Assembly: GCA_963704325.1 (NCBI GenBank)
Contig: OY969885.1
Span: forward strand, 1,383,188-1,447,187
Reading direction: 5' to 3'
From: an uncultured Chloroflexia bacterium
GTDB taxonomy: Bacteria; Chloroflexota; Limnocylindria; Limnocylindrales; CSP1-4
Length of the DNA: 64,000 nucleotides
A model generated the notes under the pieces. It worked only from the letters and a program-made list of their open reading frames with translations, did no database searches and had not been told where the DNA came from. This document shows, piece by piece, positions 1-9,864 of this stretch. A program made the position numbers and the translations under genes. The stretch's first letter is position 1. Each line of letters starts with the position of its first letter.

Positions 1-223
1 TCACGTGCGGTTTGCCGGCCCACGCACCACGAGATACGGCGCCGCCCACCAGCACGCCGCCGATCAGTCCGACGGCGACCAGCCCGAACGACAGGCGGAT
101 CGGCTCCGACGCTATGCCGTAGACGATCGCGAAGCCGATTCCAGCCAGCAGGCCCAGGTCAAAGGCATGGAGCAGGTTGGGTTTGTCGACGAGTTGCTCG
201 TCGTCTCCGGAGCGGTAGGTCAC
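1..223 (-). CDS. membrane protein, 5'-partial (runs off left edge)
   Basis: Minus-strand frame open to position 1. GTG start near 221-223. Translation is hydrophobic (GLLAGIGFAIVYGIA...LVAVGLIGGVLVGGAV). The overlapping plus-strand ORF 5..232 looks like out-of-frame junk. Confidence 0.3.
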   Translation of the reverse strand, partial: MTYRSGDDEQLVDKPNLLHAFDLGLLAGIGFAIVYGIASEPIRLSFGLVAVGLIGGVLVGGAVSRGAWAGKPHV

Positions 224-246
224 AACCGATAGACTAAGTCGCCGCG

Positions 247-747
247 ATGCCTCACCCAAGCCTTGGCTATCCACCGCCCGATGCAACCGCCGGTCTGCCG
301 CTCGCGGCCGCCCGCCTGCGGACCAACAGGGCACGCGTTGCGAAGGTGGCACTTCAGTCCGCGCTCAAGCACGAGCCCGCGCTGGAGGACCACGGCGAGG
401 TGATGCTGCGGCTCTTCCTGCGCGACTACGAGCAGCACGTGGAGCAGGTCGCCCGGGCGATCGAATCGGGTGACGATTCGTTCGTCGTCAACTACGGCGA
501 GTGGCTGGTGCCCATCTACCGCCGCCGGCGGATCCCCATGCGCGACTTCATGGCACTCGTCGCCGGTCTGCGCGACGCGAGTGCCACCGTCCTGGCGCCG
601 GAGGAGAACCAGGCCGCCGGCGAGCTCTTCGAGCGCTGGGCGGAGAAGCTCAAGCATCACGGCCGCCTGCCCGGCGATCACCGGGGCAATCCCATCCTGC
701 GCTTCTTCTTCAAGGGTGCCGGGATCGGCGACGACAAGTGGGTCTGA
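247..747 (+). CDS. hypothetical protein
   Basis: 166-aa ORF with high GC3 and protein-like composition. The antisense ORF 220..789 is Arg/Gly-rich junk. No family recognised. Confidence 0.5.
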   Translation: MPHPSLGYPPPDATAGLPLAAARLRTNRARVAKVALQSALKHEPALEDHGEVMLRLFLRDYEQHVEQVARAIESGDDSFVVNYGEWLVPIYRRRRIPMRDFMALVAGLRDASATVLAPEENQAAGELFERWAEKLKHHGRLPGDHRGNPILRFFFKGAGIGDDKWV

Positions 748-769
748 GCGCCGCCGTGGTGGACCGCAG

Positions 770-1081
770 GTGACCATCAAGTGGGTCAAGGTTGACCCGC
801 TGGTGATGAACGGCGAGCCGTTCTGCTACGGCACACGGCTGTCCGTCCGCAACCTGCTCGAGATGCGCTCCAGCGGCCTGGGTCCGATTGACATGATTGC
901 CCAGCATCCTGAGCTGCGCCACGTTGGCATCGCCGAGGCCTTCCGTTTCGCCGCGGACAACCGGACGCGCTACTCGGACTTCTTCGAGACAGACGGCTCG
1001 CTGCGCGGCTCAGGCTTCAGCCGCGAGGAAGCGGCCGGTCTGCCCGAGCACCTGCGCGATCTATCGGGCGTGGTGACCTGA
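770..1081 (+). CDS. DUF433 domain protein
   Basis: GEPFCYGTRLSVRNLLEMRSSGLGPIDMIAQHPEL matches the DUF433 consensus (G.P.I.GTR..V..l......G.s...I....P.L). GTG start at 770. Confidence 0.6.
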   Translation: MTIKWVKVDPLVMNGEPFCYGTRLSVRNLLEMRSSGLGPIDMIAQHPELRHVGIAEAFRFAADNRTRYSDFFETDGSLRGSGFSREEAAGLPEHLRDLSGVVT

Positions 1082-1115
1082 GCGCGGCGCTCCCGGTGTA
1101 CGATCTATATCCGAC

Positions 1116-1493
1116 ATGAGCGATCAGATTTCCGACCCGAACCAGTCCCCAACGGCGACCGCCGAGCCGCTGCCTGAAACGGCCGCCCAGGCTGGTGCCG
1201 CGGTCATCGATCCGCAGGCACGAGCGACCGAGCTGGCAATCATGGACGCCCTGCGCGCCGTGGTCGATCCCGAGATCGGAATGAACGTGGTCGAGCTGGC
1301 ACTGATCAGGCAGATCATCCAGTCGCCGCAACTGACGGAAGTCAAGATGATCCTGACCACGCCGTTCTGCCCGTATGCCGGCTCGATGATCGAGCAGGTC
1401 AAGGAGCAGGTCGAGTCGGTAGTGGAAAACGAGGTCAAGGTGACCCTGTTGGCCGAGCGCTGGGATCCGCGCGACGCCGGCCTGGTGTGGTAG
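1116..1493 (+). CDS. DUF59/MIP18-family Fe-S cluster assembly protein (SufT-like)
   Basis: The IMDALRAVVDPEIGMNVVELALI...TTPFCPYAGSMIEQVK motif is characteristic of DUF59 metal-sulfur cluster biosynthesis proteins. Confidence 0.8.
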   Translation: MSDQISDPNQSPTATAEPLPETAAQAGAAVIDPQARATELAIMDALRAVVDPEIGMNVVELALIRQIIQSPQLTEVKMILTTPFCPYAGSMIEQVKEQVESVVENEVKVTLLAERWDPRDAGLVW

Positions 1494-2083
1494 GCAGCCG
1501 CCGGCCAGCCATCGCCAAGAGCGCCGTCGCCACAGGCAAGGGTGACGACGGAACGACCGGCCTGCTGTACGGCGGCCGCATTCCGAAGGACGATCCCAGG
1601 ACAGAGGCGTACGGCACAGTAGATGAGGCCGTGGCTGCGCTGGGGCTGGCCCGCCTCGAACTGCGCGCTGCCGGCTTGACGCAGCTTTCCGAGCTCATCC
1701 TGCGCTGGCAGCGCGAGCTGTTCGTGGTCGGTGCGCAACTGGCCGCCAACCCTGACGCGCTCGACAGACTCCAGGATGGCGTGACCCGGGTTTCCGAGGC
1801 GATGCTCGAGGGCGTGGAGGCGGAGCTGGCCGGCTGGGAAGAACAGGTCGAGATGCCGCGCGAGTTCGTCGTGCCCGGTGAGACGCGGGCGTCTGCCGCG
1901 CTTGAAGTTGCGCGCACGATCCTGAGGCGTGCCGAGCGCCGTGTGATCTCGCTCGAGCGCCACGTTGAGCCACCTGCCGGATGGGCCGTGCCGTACATCA
2001 ATCGGCTGGCTGACCTGCTCTGGGTGCTGGCCCGCGCGGCCGAGCAGGCCGAGCACGTGGCTGCTACAAAGGCGCGCACGTGA
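1487..2083 (+). CDS. PduO-type ATP:cob(I)alamin adenosyltransferase
   Basis: N-terminal TGKGDDGTTGLLYGGRIPKDDPRTEAYGTVDE matches the PduO/MMAB signature. GTG start overlaps the upstream stop. Confidence 0.85.
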   Translation: MVGSRRPAIAKSAVATGKGDDGTTGLLYGGRIPKDDPRTEAYGTVDEAVAALGLARLELRAAGLTQLSELILRWQRELFVVGAQLAANPDALDRLQDGVTRVSEAMLEGVEAELAGWEEQVEMPREFVVPGETRASAALEVARTILRRAERRVISLERHVEPPAGWAVPYINRLADLLWVLARAAEQAEHVAATKART

Positions 2084-2511
2084 TGACCGGCAAGCACCCA
2101 GGTACGCGCCTGATCAGGATTGGGCTCCTGGCCGCTCTGACCGTGGTCGTGCTGGCCTGCAGCGAGATCGGACTTCCGTTCGAGACTGACCCGCAGGCGT
2201 CCGGCATTCGCGGTTTGGTCACCCTCAGCCCCACCTGTCCGGTCCAGGCGTCGCCCGGCGCGAACGATCCGGAGCCGTGCGTCACGCCCTACGCCGCAAC
2301 GCTCGTCGTGCTCGACGGCGAGAACGTGGTCGTCACACGAATAACGTCCGGTGGCGATGGCCGATTCGCGGTTGACTTGCCGCCGGGCGACTACGTGGTC
2401 GCGCCGGAGACCGGCGCCGACTCGTACCCGATCGCCCAGCCGCAGTCGGTCACCGTTGTCGGCGGCCAGTACGCCGAGCTGGAGATCAACTACGACACGG
2501 GCATTCGCTAG
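2080..2511 (+). CDS. lipoprotein, hypothetical
   Basis: Signal peptide with lipobox VLAC|S. Beta-rich PT-containing body. Confidence 0.6.
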   Translation: MMTGKHPGTRLIRIGLLAALTVVVLACSEIGLPFETDPQASGIRGLVTLSPTCPVQASPGANDPEPCVTPYAATLVVLDGENVVVTRITSGGDGRFAVDLPPGDYVVAPETGADSYPIAQPQSVTVVGGQYAELEINYDTGIR

Positions 2512-2515
2512 GCGG

Positions 2516-3421
2516 TTACCAGCGCTCCCGGAGCGGCTGCGCCACCTCGAGCGCCATCGGGCCCAGCGCGTCCGGTGCGGCGGCGCCCGGGATGCCCAGG
2601 ATCACGTGGTCAGCTCCGCTGCTGCGCAACTCCAGCGCACTCGCGAGCGCTGCGCGTCGATCGGCGGCGGTTGAGCCGCAGTCGACCTGGGCGGCGAAAA
2701 GGAAATTGCCCGGATCGCGCCCTGCCGCGGCCAATGCCCGCCTGATCTGGTCGCGCTTCTCGGTGAAGTAGGCAACGTCTCCCGCATGCGTGCCGGGCAT
2801 GGGCCAGCCGGCGCCGTAGCGCGCCATCAGCCGAATGCTGCGCGGTCCCAATCCGCCCAGCCACAGCGGCGGACCACCCGGCGTGATCGGCGGTGGCTCG
2901 TTCGTCGCCCGGTCCAGTGGGTAGAGCGGATCCTGCAACGACACCCCGGGCGACGTGCGGGCAGCGTCGCTGAACAGGGCGGTCAGGACACGCAGCGACG
3001 CCTCGTAGCGATCGACCCGGTCGCGCGGCTCACGCAGCTCGATCCCGAACGCAGCGTGCTCCCCGGCGTGCCAGCCCGCGCCCAGGCCCAGGATGAATCG
3101 CCCGCCCGTGACGATGTCCAGGATGGTGGCCTGCTTGGCCAGCACGGCCGGGTGGCGGAACGTGTTTGCCGCGACCGCCAGGCCGATCCACTTGCCGGCC
3201 ACGCGGTGAGCAAGTGATGCGGCCGTGGTGAACGCCTCGAACGCCGGCCCGCCGCGATCGCGGCTGACATCGGACAGGTGGTCACTCAGCCACCCGGCGT
3301 CGAACGCCTCCTGCTCGCCGGCCAGTGCCCATGTCGCTTCCAGCTTCTGCCAATCGAGCCCGGCGCTACCGGTCGCCGAGATCCGAAAGCCGATCGGCCC
3401 AAGAGTGTTTCCGTGCGTCAC
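2516..3421 (-). CDS. LLM-class F420-dependent (luciferase-like) oxidoreductase
   Basis: 301 aa. Luciferase-like monooxygenase motifs (LSDH, GRFILGLGAGW, HAGEH). Confidence 0.85.
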   Translation of the reverse strand: MTHGNTLGPIGFRISATGSAGLDWQKLEATWALAGEQEAFDAGWLSDHLSDVSRDRGGPAFEAFTTAASLAHRVAGKWIGLAVAANTFRHPAVLAKQATILDIVTGGRFILGLGAGWHAGEHAAFGIELREPRDRVDRYEASLRVLTALFSDAARTSPGVSLQDPLYPLDRATNEPPPITPGGPPLWLGGLGPRSIRLMARYGAGWPMPGTHAGDVAYFTEKRDQIRRALAAAGRDPGNFLFAAQVDCGSTAADRRAALASALELRSSGADHVILGIPGAAAPDALGPMALEVAQPLRERW

Positions 3422-4011
3422 CAGCGATCCCAGTGCGCAAAGTCACTCATGGGAACCCAGCCGCGCTTGAGTGATCCAGAGCGCCTGTCCGGCAGCGGGT
3501 GGCCGACGGTGATCACGCCGACCGGCTGCTGGTCGGGCGGCAGATCGAGCGTGTGGGCAAGCTCCGCCAGTCGGTGCGTGCCGAGGAAGCCCGCGGCGAG
3601 ACCCTCATCAACGGCCGCGAGCAGGATCAGCATCACCGTCGCGCCCACATCGACATACCAGAAGGGAACCGGCCAGTCGATCTCCGTGCCGTCCTCCTGG
3701 ATCTTGTCCGGCTCGCGGTAGCGCGAGTGGTAGGTCTGCTCGGAAACGCAGGGCACGAACAGCGCAGGCGCGCGGCTGATCCACGGGTCGAAGCCGGCCT
3801 CGACGTACTCGGGTTCGCCACATACCTCCGCGATCCGCTGGCGCTGGGCGCTGTCAGTGACGACTACCAGGCGCTGGCCCTGGCTGAATCCGGCGCTCGG
3901 GGCGCGCTGCGCGGCGGCGGCGATGCGCTCTAGTGACTCGCGGCTGACGGGCTTGTCCGGGTCGTAGTTGCGCACCATGCGCCGCTTGCGCACTACCTCA
4001 CTGAACTCCAT
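3418..4011 (-). CDS. nitroreductase family protein
   Basis: MEFSEVVRKRRMVRNYDPDKPV...RAPSAG is a typical nitroreductase N-terminus. The ATG at 4011 is chosen over the longer upstream ORF. Confidence 0.8.
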   Translation of the reverse strand: MEFSEVVRKRRMVRNYDPDKPVSRESLERIAAAAQRAPSAGFSQGQRLVVVTDSAQRQRIAEVCGEPEYVEAGFDPWISRAPALFVPCVSEQTYHSRYREPDKIQEDGTEIDWPVPFWYVDVGATVMLILLAAVDEGLAAGFLGTHRLAELAHTLDLPPDQQPVGVITVGHPLPDRRSGSLKRGWVPMSDFAHWDRW

Positions 4012-4425
4012 GGCGCGAGCGTAGCGCGGCTCAGCGGACGGGTGCGCCGACGCCTGGCCGCGGCCTTCACGGACGCGTTTGTTGGCCACGGCCGAAGTAA
4101 CAGCCAAGTTGTGGGCTGCGCTGCCCCCAAAGCGGGGCATCTGTGCCGTTTGTTCGCGCTGGACGAAGAATTGGGCGAGTTGCTGGCAGTTTGGGCGGCT
4201 TCCTGGCTTTTACTTCGTCCACGGCGAACAAGTGGCGCCAACTCTCGTGCCGGGCCGCGTGGGGCGCCGCGATTGCGCCTCCACGACCCCTGATCTAGAC
4301 TCAATCCTGACGTGGATAGTCGGAATTCGACAGCCTTGGATCCCCTTACAGCGGCCGTCCTTGAAGAGGGCGTGGCGCCGGCCAAGCTTGCCCGCACGCG
4401 GAGCATCTTCCCTGGCACCGGCGCC

Positions 4426-4889
4426 GTGCACTTCTCGACGCGCGGCGAGTACGGGGTGCGCCTGATCGTGGAGCTGGCGCGCCATTTTGGCTCCGGTCCG
4501 GTCAGCCTGGGCGAAGTTGCCGATCACGAGGCCCTGCCGCGCCCGTACCTGGAGCAGCTCGTCATCAGCCTGCGTGAGTCGGGCCTGGTGCGCAGCACGC
4601 GCGGCGCGCGCGGCGGCTACGAGCTTGCCCGGCCGCCGGAGGAGATTCGCATGGGCGAGGTGCTCAGGGCACTCGAAGGGCCGATCGCACCGATGATCTG
4701 CGCGAGCGAGGATCCGGCGCATGCGTCAATGTGCGAGCGGACCGGCTTCTGCAACGTCAATCACCTGTGGCTGACCGTGCGCAAGGCGATCTCCGGCGCA
4801 CTCGACTCGATCACGCTCGCCGACCTGGCCGTTCCCCGGTCACGCCACCCGTTTCACTCGGGCCCAATACCCATTCAGCTGACGGAGTC

Positions 4890-4893
<4 letters not shown>
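4426..4893 (+). CDS. Rrf2-family transcriptional regulator (IscR/RirA-like, 3 Cys)
   Basis: VHFSTRGEYGVRLIVELAR...LEQLVISLRESGLVRSTRGARGGYELARPPEEI with a C-terminal Cys cluster (C-x6-C-x5-C). GTG start at 4426, in frame with the longer ORF. The stop overlaps the sufC start. Confidence 0.8.
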
Positions 4894-5819
<926 letters not shown>

Positions 5820-5845
5820 GTCCGCAGGAAGGGAGTAGCCAAGAC

Positions 5846-7094
5846 ATGGCCATCGTCCGGCCGCTCGATCCAGTCTCCGTGCGCGCCGACTTCGCGATCT
5901 ATGAGCGCGAGTTCCGCGGCCGCCGCCTGGCCTACCTGGACAGCGCCGCAACCAGCCTCAAGCCGCGCGCTGTGGCCGACGCGATGTCGGGCTACCTCAA
6001 CCGCTACAGCGCCAACGTCCACCGCGGCATCTACGAGATCGGCGAGGAGGCCACCGCGGCGTACGAGGGCGCGCGCACGAAGATTGCCAATTTTTTGGGC
6101 GCGGCTGACTCGCGCGAGGTGATCATGGTGCGCAACGCGACAGAGGCGATCAACCTCGTTGCCTACGCCTGGGGACGCAAGAACATCGGCCGGGCGGACA
6201 CGGTCGTGGTGACGGAGATGGAGCACCACTCCAACCTCATTCCGTGGCAGATGCTGACCCAGGAGAAGGACGCCGACCTGGAGTTCGTGCCCTTCGATGA
6301 CGAAGGCCGGCTGATCCAGGACAGCTACGACGTCCTGCTGCGCACCAAGCCCAAGCTCGTCTCGTTCACCGCCGTGTCGAATGGCATCGGCACGATCAAC
6401 CCGGTGCGCGAGATGGTTGACAAGGCGCATGAGGCCGGCGCGCTGGTGCTGATCGACGGTGCCCAGGCCGCTCCGCATGAGCCGGTCAACGTCCAGGAGC
6501 TGGGCTGTCGACTTCTTCGTCTTCTCCGGCCACAAGACGCTCGGCCCGCCAGGCTCCGGCGCGCTCTGGGCGCGGCGCGAGATCCTGGAGGACATGCCCC
6601 CGTTCATGGGCGGCGGCGAGATGATCCGCGAGGTGCACCTGCGCCACACGACATACAACGAGGTGCCCTTCAAGTTCGAGGCGGGGACGCCGGACATCTC
6701 CGCGGCGATCGGCCTCGGCGCGGCGGTCGACTACCTGACCGGCATCGGCATGGAGCACATTCGTGCCCACGAGCGCGACCTGGTCGAGTACGCCCTGGAC
6801 ATGCTGCCGCGCGAGGTGCCCAGCATTCGCATCCACGGGCCGCTGTCGGCATCCGACAGGGCCGGGATCGTCACTTTCAATTTGGCCGACGCGCATCCGC
6901 ATGACGTGGCCACGCTGCTCGACCGCGAGGCCATCGCAGTCCGTGCCGGCCACCACTGCACGATGCCGCTCCACCAGCGCCTGGGCGAGGAAGCCAGCGC
7001 CCGGGCAAGCTTCTACGTCTACACCGATCGCGAGGACATCGACCGCCTCGCGCAGGCACTTCAGAAGGTCGAACGCATGTTTGCCCGAAACTAG
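5846..7094 (+). pseudogene. sufS: cysteine desulfurase SufS, interrupted by a +1 frameshift near 6506
   Basis: The N-terminal 220 aa (5846 frame) and C-terminal 200 aa (6459 frame) are both SufS. The junction ...HEPVNVQELG | VDFFVFSGHKTLGPPGSGALW needs one extra T removed in ctgggcTgtcgac. The PLP-lysine motif SGHK is intact. Confidence 0.8.
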
Positions 7095-7099
7095 GAACC

Positions 7100-7498
7100 G
7101 TGGACGACCTATACCGCGACGAGATCCTCGAGCACTACCGCAACCCGCACAACTTCGGCATCCTGGATTCGCCGACCACGGCCAAGGAAGGCGCCAATCC
7201 GCTGTGCGGCGACCGGATCACGCTGATGCTCTCGATCAACGACGAGGGCACGGTCGAAGACGTGTCCTTCACCGGCCGCGGCTGCGCGATCAGCCAGGCC
7301 TCGGCCTCCATGCTGACCGATGACATCAAAGGCAAGCCGCTGTCGGAGATCGCGCAATTCGACCGACAGCACGTCCTGGACAACCTGTCGATCGAGATCA
7401 GCCCGGCGCGCATGAAGTGCGCGATGCTGTCGATCGAGACGCTCAAGTCGGCCATCGACGATCGCGTCGACTGGCAGGGCAAGCTCGATGAATCCTGA
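7100..7498 (+). CDS. sufU: SufU/IscU-like Fe-S scaffold (NifU N-terminal domain)
   Basis: ILEHYRNPHNFG...CGD...GCAISQASASM...KCA carries the conserved Cys triad. GTG start. Confidence 0.85.
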   Translation: MDDLYRDEILEHYRNPHNFGILDSPTTAKEGANPLCGDRITLMLSINDEGTVEDVSFTGRGCAISQASASMLTDDIKGKPLSEIAQFDRQHVLDNLSIEISPARMKCAMLSIETLKSAIDDRVDWQGKLDES

Positions 7499-8645
7499 TC
7501 GGTCGCTGCCCCTGGCGCGCGGGCCGGTACGCGAGGTGATGCCGGCCGAGGCGGCTGAGCTGATCGCCGCTGGCGCGGTCCTGCTCGACACGCGCGAGCA
7601 GCACGAGTGGAACGCCGGATACCTGAACGGCGCCACGCTGCTGCCGCCGATGCAGGTCACGCAGCGTGTTGAAGAGATCGCGCCGGACAAGAGCAGGCCG
7701 GTCGTGATCTATTGCGCGGCGGGGGCGCGATCCATGCGCGCCGCGGTCCAGCTCGCCCAGATGGGCTACACGGACGTGGCGTCCATGGCCGGCGGCATCG
7801 GACTGTGGAAGTCGGAGGGCCGGCCCACCCAGATGCCGCAGTCGACGCCGGCCGTCGCGAGCAACCCGCGCTACGCGCGCCACCTGGTCATGCCGGAGGT
7901 CGGGCCGGAGGGCCAGGCCAAACTGCAGCAGTCGAAGGTGCTGTTCATCGGTGCCGGCGGGCTGGGCTCGCCCGGTTTGCTGTACCTGGCCGCGGCGGGC
8001 GTCGGGACCCTGGGCATCGTCGATTTCGACGTGGTCGACCTTTCCAACCTGCAGCGCCAGGTTGTCCATGCCGACAACCGGATCGGCATGAAGAAGACCG
8101 CGTCGGCGGCGCAGACGATCCGCGCCCTCAACCCTGAGGTGAAGGTCGTCGCGCACGAGGAGATGCTGACCGAAGAGAACGTCGATCGGCTCATCGCGGG
8201 CTACGACGTCGTGATCGACGGAACGGACACGTTCGAGACGCGCTACACGCTCAACGACGCTGCCGTGCGCGCGGCGATTCCGGTCGTGCATGCATCGGTG
8301 TTCCGCTTCGAGGGCCAGCTGAGCGTCTTCGTGCCCTACGAAGGGCCGTGCTACCGCTGCCTGTATCCCACGCCGCCACCGCCCGAGCTTGCGCCCGGTT
8401 GCTCTGTCGCGGGCGTGCTTGGCGTCGTGCCGGGCGTGATGGGCCTGCTCCAGGCGACGGAGGCGATCAAGGTCCTGCTGCACATCGGCGATCCGCTCGT
8501 GGGCCGCCTCTTGATCTGGGACGCGCTCGACGGAGCGTTCAGCGAGGTGACATTGCGCCGTGATCCGGCCTGTCCGGCATGCGGCGTGGACGCCAGCCGG
8601 CGCGAGGTCGCCGCCGCTCAGCCCGCCTTCGCCAGCGCCGGGTGA
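7488..8645 (+). CDS. rhodanese-ThiF/MoeB (E1-like) fusion, MoeZ-like with rhodanese at the N-terminus
   Basis: Residues 1-120 are a rhodanese domain (active site YCAAGARS). Residues 130-385 are a ThiF/MoeB adenylyltransferase (GAGGLGSP, RQ, CYRC...CPAC zinc motif). Confidence 0.85.
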   Translation: MNPDRSLPLARGPVREVMPAEAAELIAAGAVLLDTREQHEWNAGYLNGATLLPPMQVTQRVEEIAPDKSRPVVIYCAAGARSMRAAVQLAQMGYTDVASMAGGIGLWKSEGRPTQMPQSTPAVASNPRYARHLVMPEVGPEGQAKLQQSKVLFIGAGGLGSPGLLYLAAAGVGTLGIVDFDVVDLSNLQRQVVHADNRIGMKKTASAAQTIRALNPEVKVVAHEEMLTEENVDRLIAGYDVVIDGTDTFETRYTLNDAAVRAAIPVVHASVFRFEGQLSVFVPYEGPCYRCLYPTPPPPELAPGCSVAGVLGVVPGVMGLLQATEAIKVLLHIGDPLVGRLLIWDALDGAFSEVTLRRDPACPACGVDASRREVAAAQPAFASAG

Positions 8646-8665
8646 CCCGGGTCCGAATACCTCCC

Positions 8666-8935
8666 GTGCTGCGCGTCCATGTCGGCGGGCAGAAGGAGGT
8701 GGACGCTTCTGGAGCCACGGTGGGCGAGCTGCTGCGCGAACTCTCGGGCCGCAGCTCTGGACTGGCCGAGCAGCTCTTCACGGACGACGGCGCACTGCAT
8801 CGCTTCGTCAACGTCTATGTCAACGGCCAGGACGTGCGCTACCTGTCGGAGCTCGACACGCCCGTGTCGGAGCGCGATGCGGTGATCATCCTGCCGGCCA
8901 TGGCGGGAGGCTCGGCCGCCGCCACAGGCTCTTGA
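8666..8935 (+). CDS. cysO: CysO/MoaD/ThiS-like sulfur carrier with a 7-residue extension after the Gly-Gly
   Basis: 90 aa with ...ILPAMAGGSAAATGS* at the C-terminus. GTG start. The stop overlaps the cysM TTG start (TTGA). A JAMM protease lies downstream. Confidence 0.7.
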   Translation: MLRVHVGGQKEVDASGATVGELLRELSGRSSGLAEQLFTDDGALHRFVNVYVNGQDVRYLSELDTPVSERDAVIILPAMAGGSAAATGS

Positions 8936-9864
8936 GCGTCAGCGTCTCGCTGCTCGACCTGATCGGGCGTACACCGCTCGTCGATATCTCCCGTTTCTGC
9001 CCAAATCCCGGCGTCCGGCTGCTGGTCAAGCTGGAGGGCGCCAACCCCACTGGATCGGTCAAGGACCGCGTGGCGCGCTACCTGGTTGCCGACCTGGAAC
9101 GCGCAGGCCGCCTTGGTCCGGACGCGATCATCCTGGAGCCGTCGAGCGGCAACACCGGCATCTCGCTCGCGCTTGTGTGCCTGTTGAAGGGCTACCGGTT
9201 GACCGTTGTGATGCCGGACAACGTGACTCGTGAGCGGCGCCAGCTGCTCGAGCTTTACGGCGCTCAGATCATCGATTCACCCGGCGCCCTGGGCTCCAAC
9301 GGCGCGGTGGCGATGGCCCGTCAGCTGGCGGCGGCCGATCCGCGCTACGTCATGGCCGACCAGTACGCCAACCCGGCCAACCCGCTCGCCCACTACGAGA
9401 CGACCGGCCCGGAGATCATCGCCGACTGCCCGGAGATCGACGTCTTCGTCGCCGGACTGGGCACGGGCGGGACGCTGATGGGCGTGAGCCGGCGACTGCG
9501 CGAGCTCGACCGCCCGGTGCGCATCTACGCCGCGGAGCCGATGCCGGGCGAGATGGTCCAGGGCCTGCGCTCGATTGACGAGGGCTTCGTGCCCGAGATC
9601 TTCGACCCGTCGGCCATTGACGGTCGCTTCCTCGTCACAACAGCCGAGTCGATCGAGGCTTTGCGCAGGCTGACCGCGACCGAGGGGATCTTTGCCGGCG
9701 TCTCGGCCGGGGGAGTGCTTGCCGTCGCGTCGCGCATCGCGCTGGGCATGGAGTCGGGGACCATCGTTGCGCTCCTCGCCGACGGCGGCTGGAAGTACCT
9801 GTCCGAAAACGTCTGGTCGCGCGACCTCGATGATGAGTCGGTGGAGAGCCTCAACCTGTGGTGA
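8932..9864 (+). CDS. cysM: O-phosphoserine sulfhydrylase / cysteine synthase CysM (PLP-dependent)
   Basis: TPLVDI...KLEGANPTGSVKDR (PLP lysine), SSGNTG and GTGGT motifs. TTG start coupled to the cysO stop. Confidence 0.85.
   Translation: MSVSVSLLDLIGRTPLVDISRFCPNPGVRLLVKLEGANPTGSVKDRVARYLVADLERAGRLGPDAIILEPSSGNTGISLALVCLLKGYRLTVVMPDNVTRERRQLLELYGAQIIDSPGALGSNGAVAMARQLAAADPRYVMADQYANPANPLAHYETTGPEIIADCPEIDVFVAGLGTGGTLMGVSRRLRELDRPVRIYAAEPMPGEMVQGLRSIDEGFVPEIFDPSAIDGRFLVTTAESIEALRRLTATEGIFAGVSAGGVLAVASRIALGMESGTIVALLADGGWKYLSENVWSRDLDDESVESLNLW

Noticed and set aside
5-232. Plus-strand 75-aa ORF at the left edge
   Set aside because: Hydrophilic and Arg/Asp-rich with low-complexity composition. 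The minus strand encodes a plausible membrane protein, so this is a shadow ORF.
220-789. 189-aa minus-strand ORF overlapping 247..747
   Set aside because: Its composition (R/G/V-rich, no motifs) is typical of an antisense frame in high-GC DNA. The plus-strand ORF has coding-like GC3 and is followed by the DUF433 gene.
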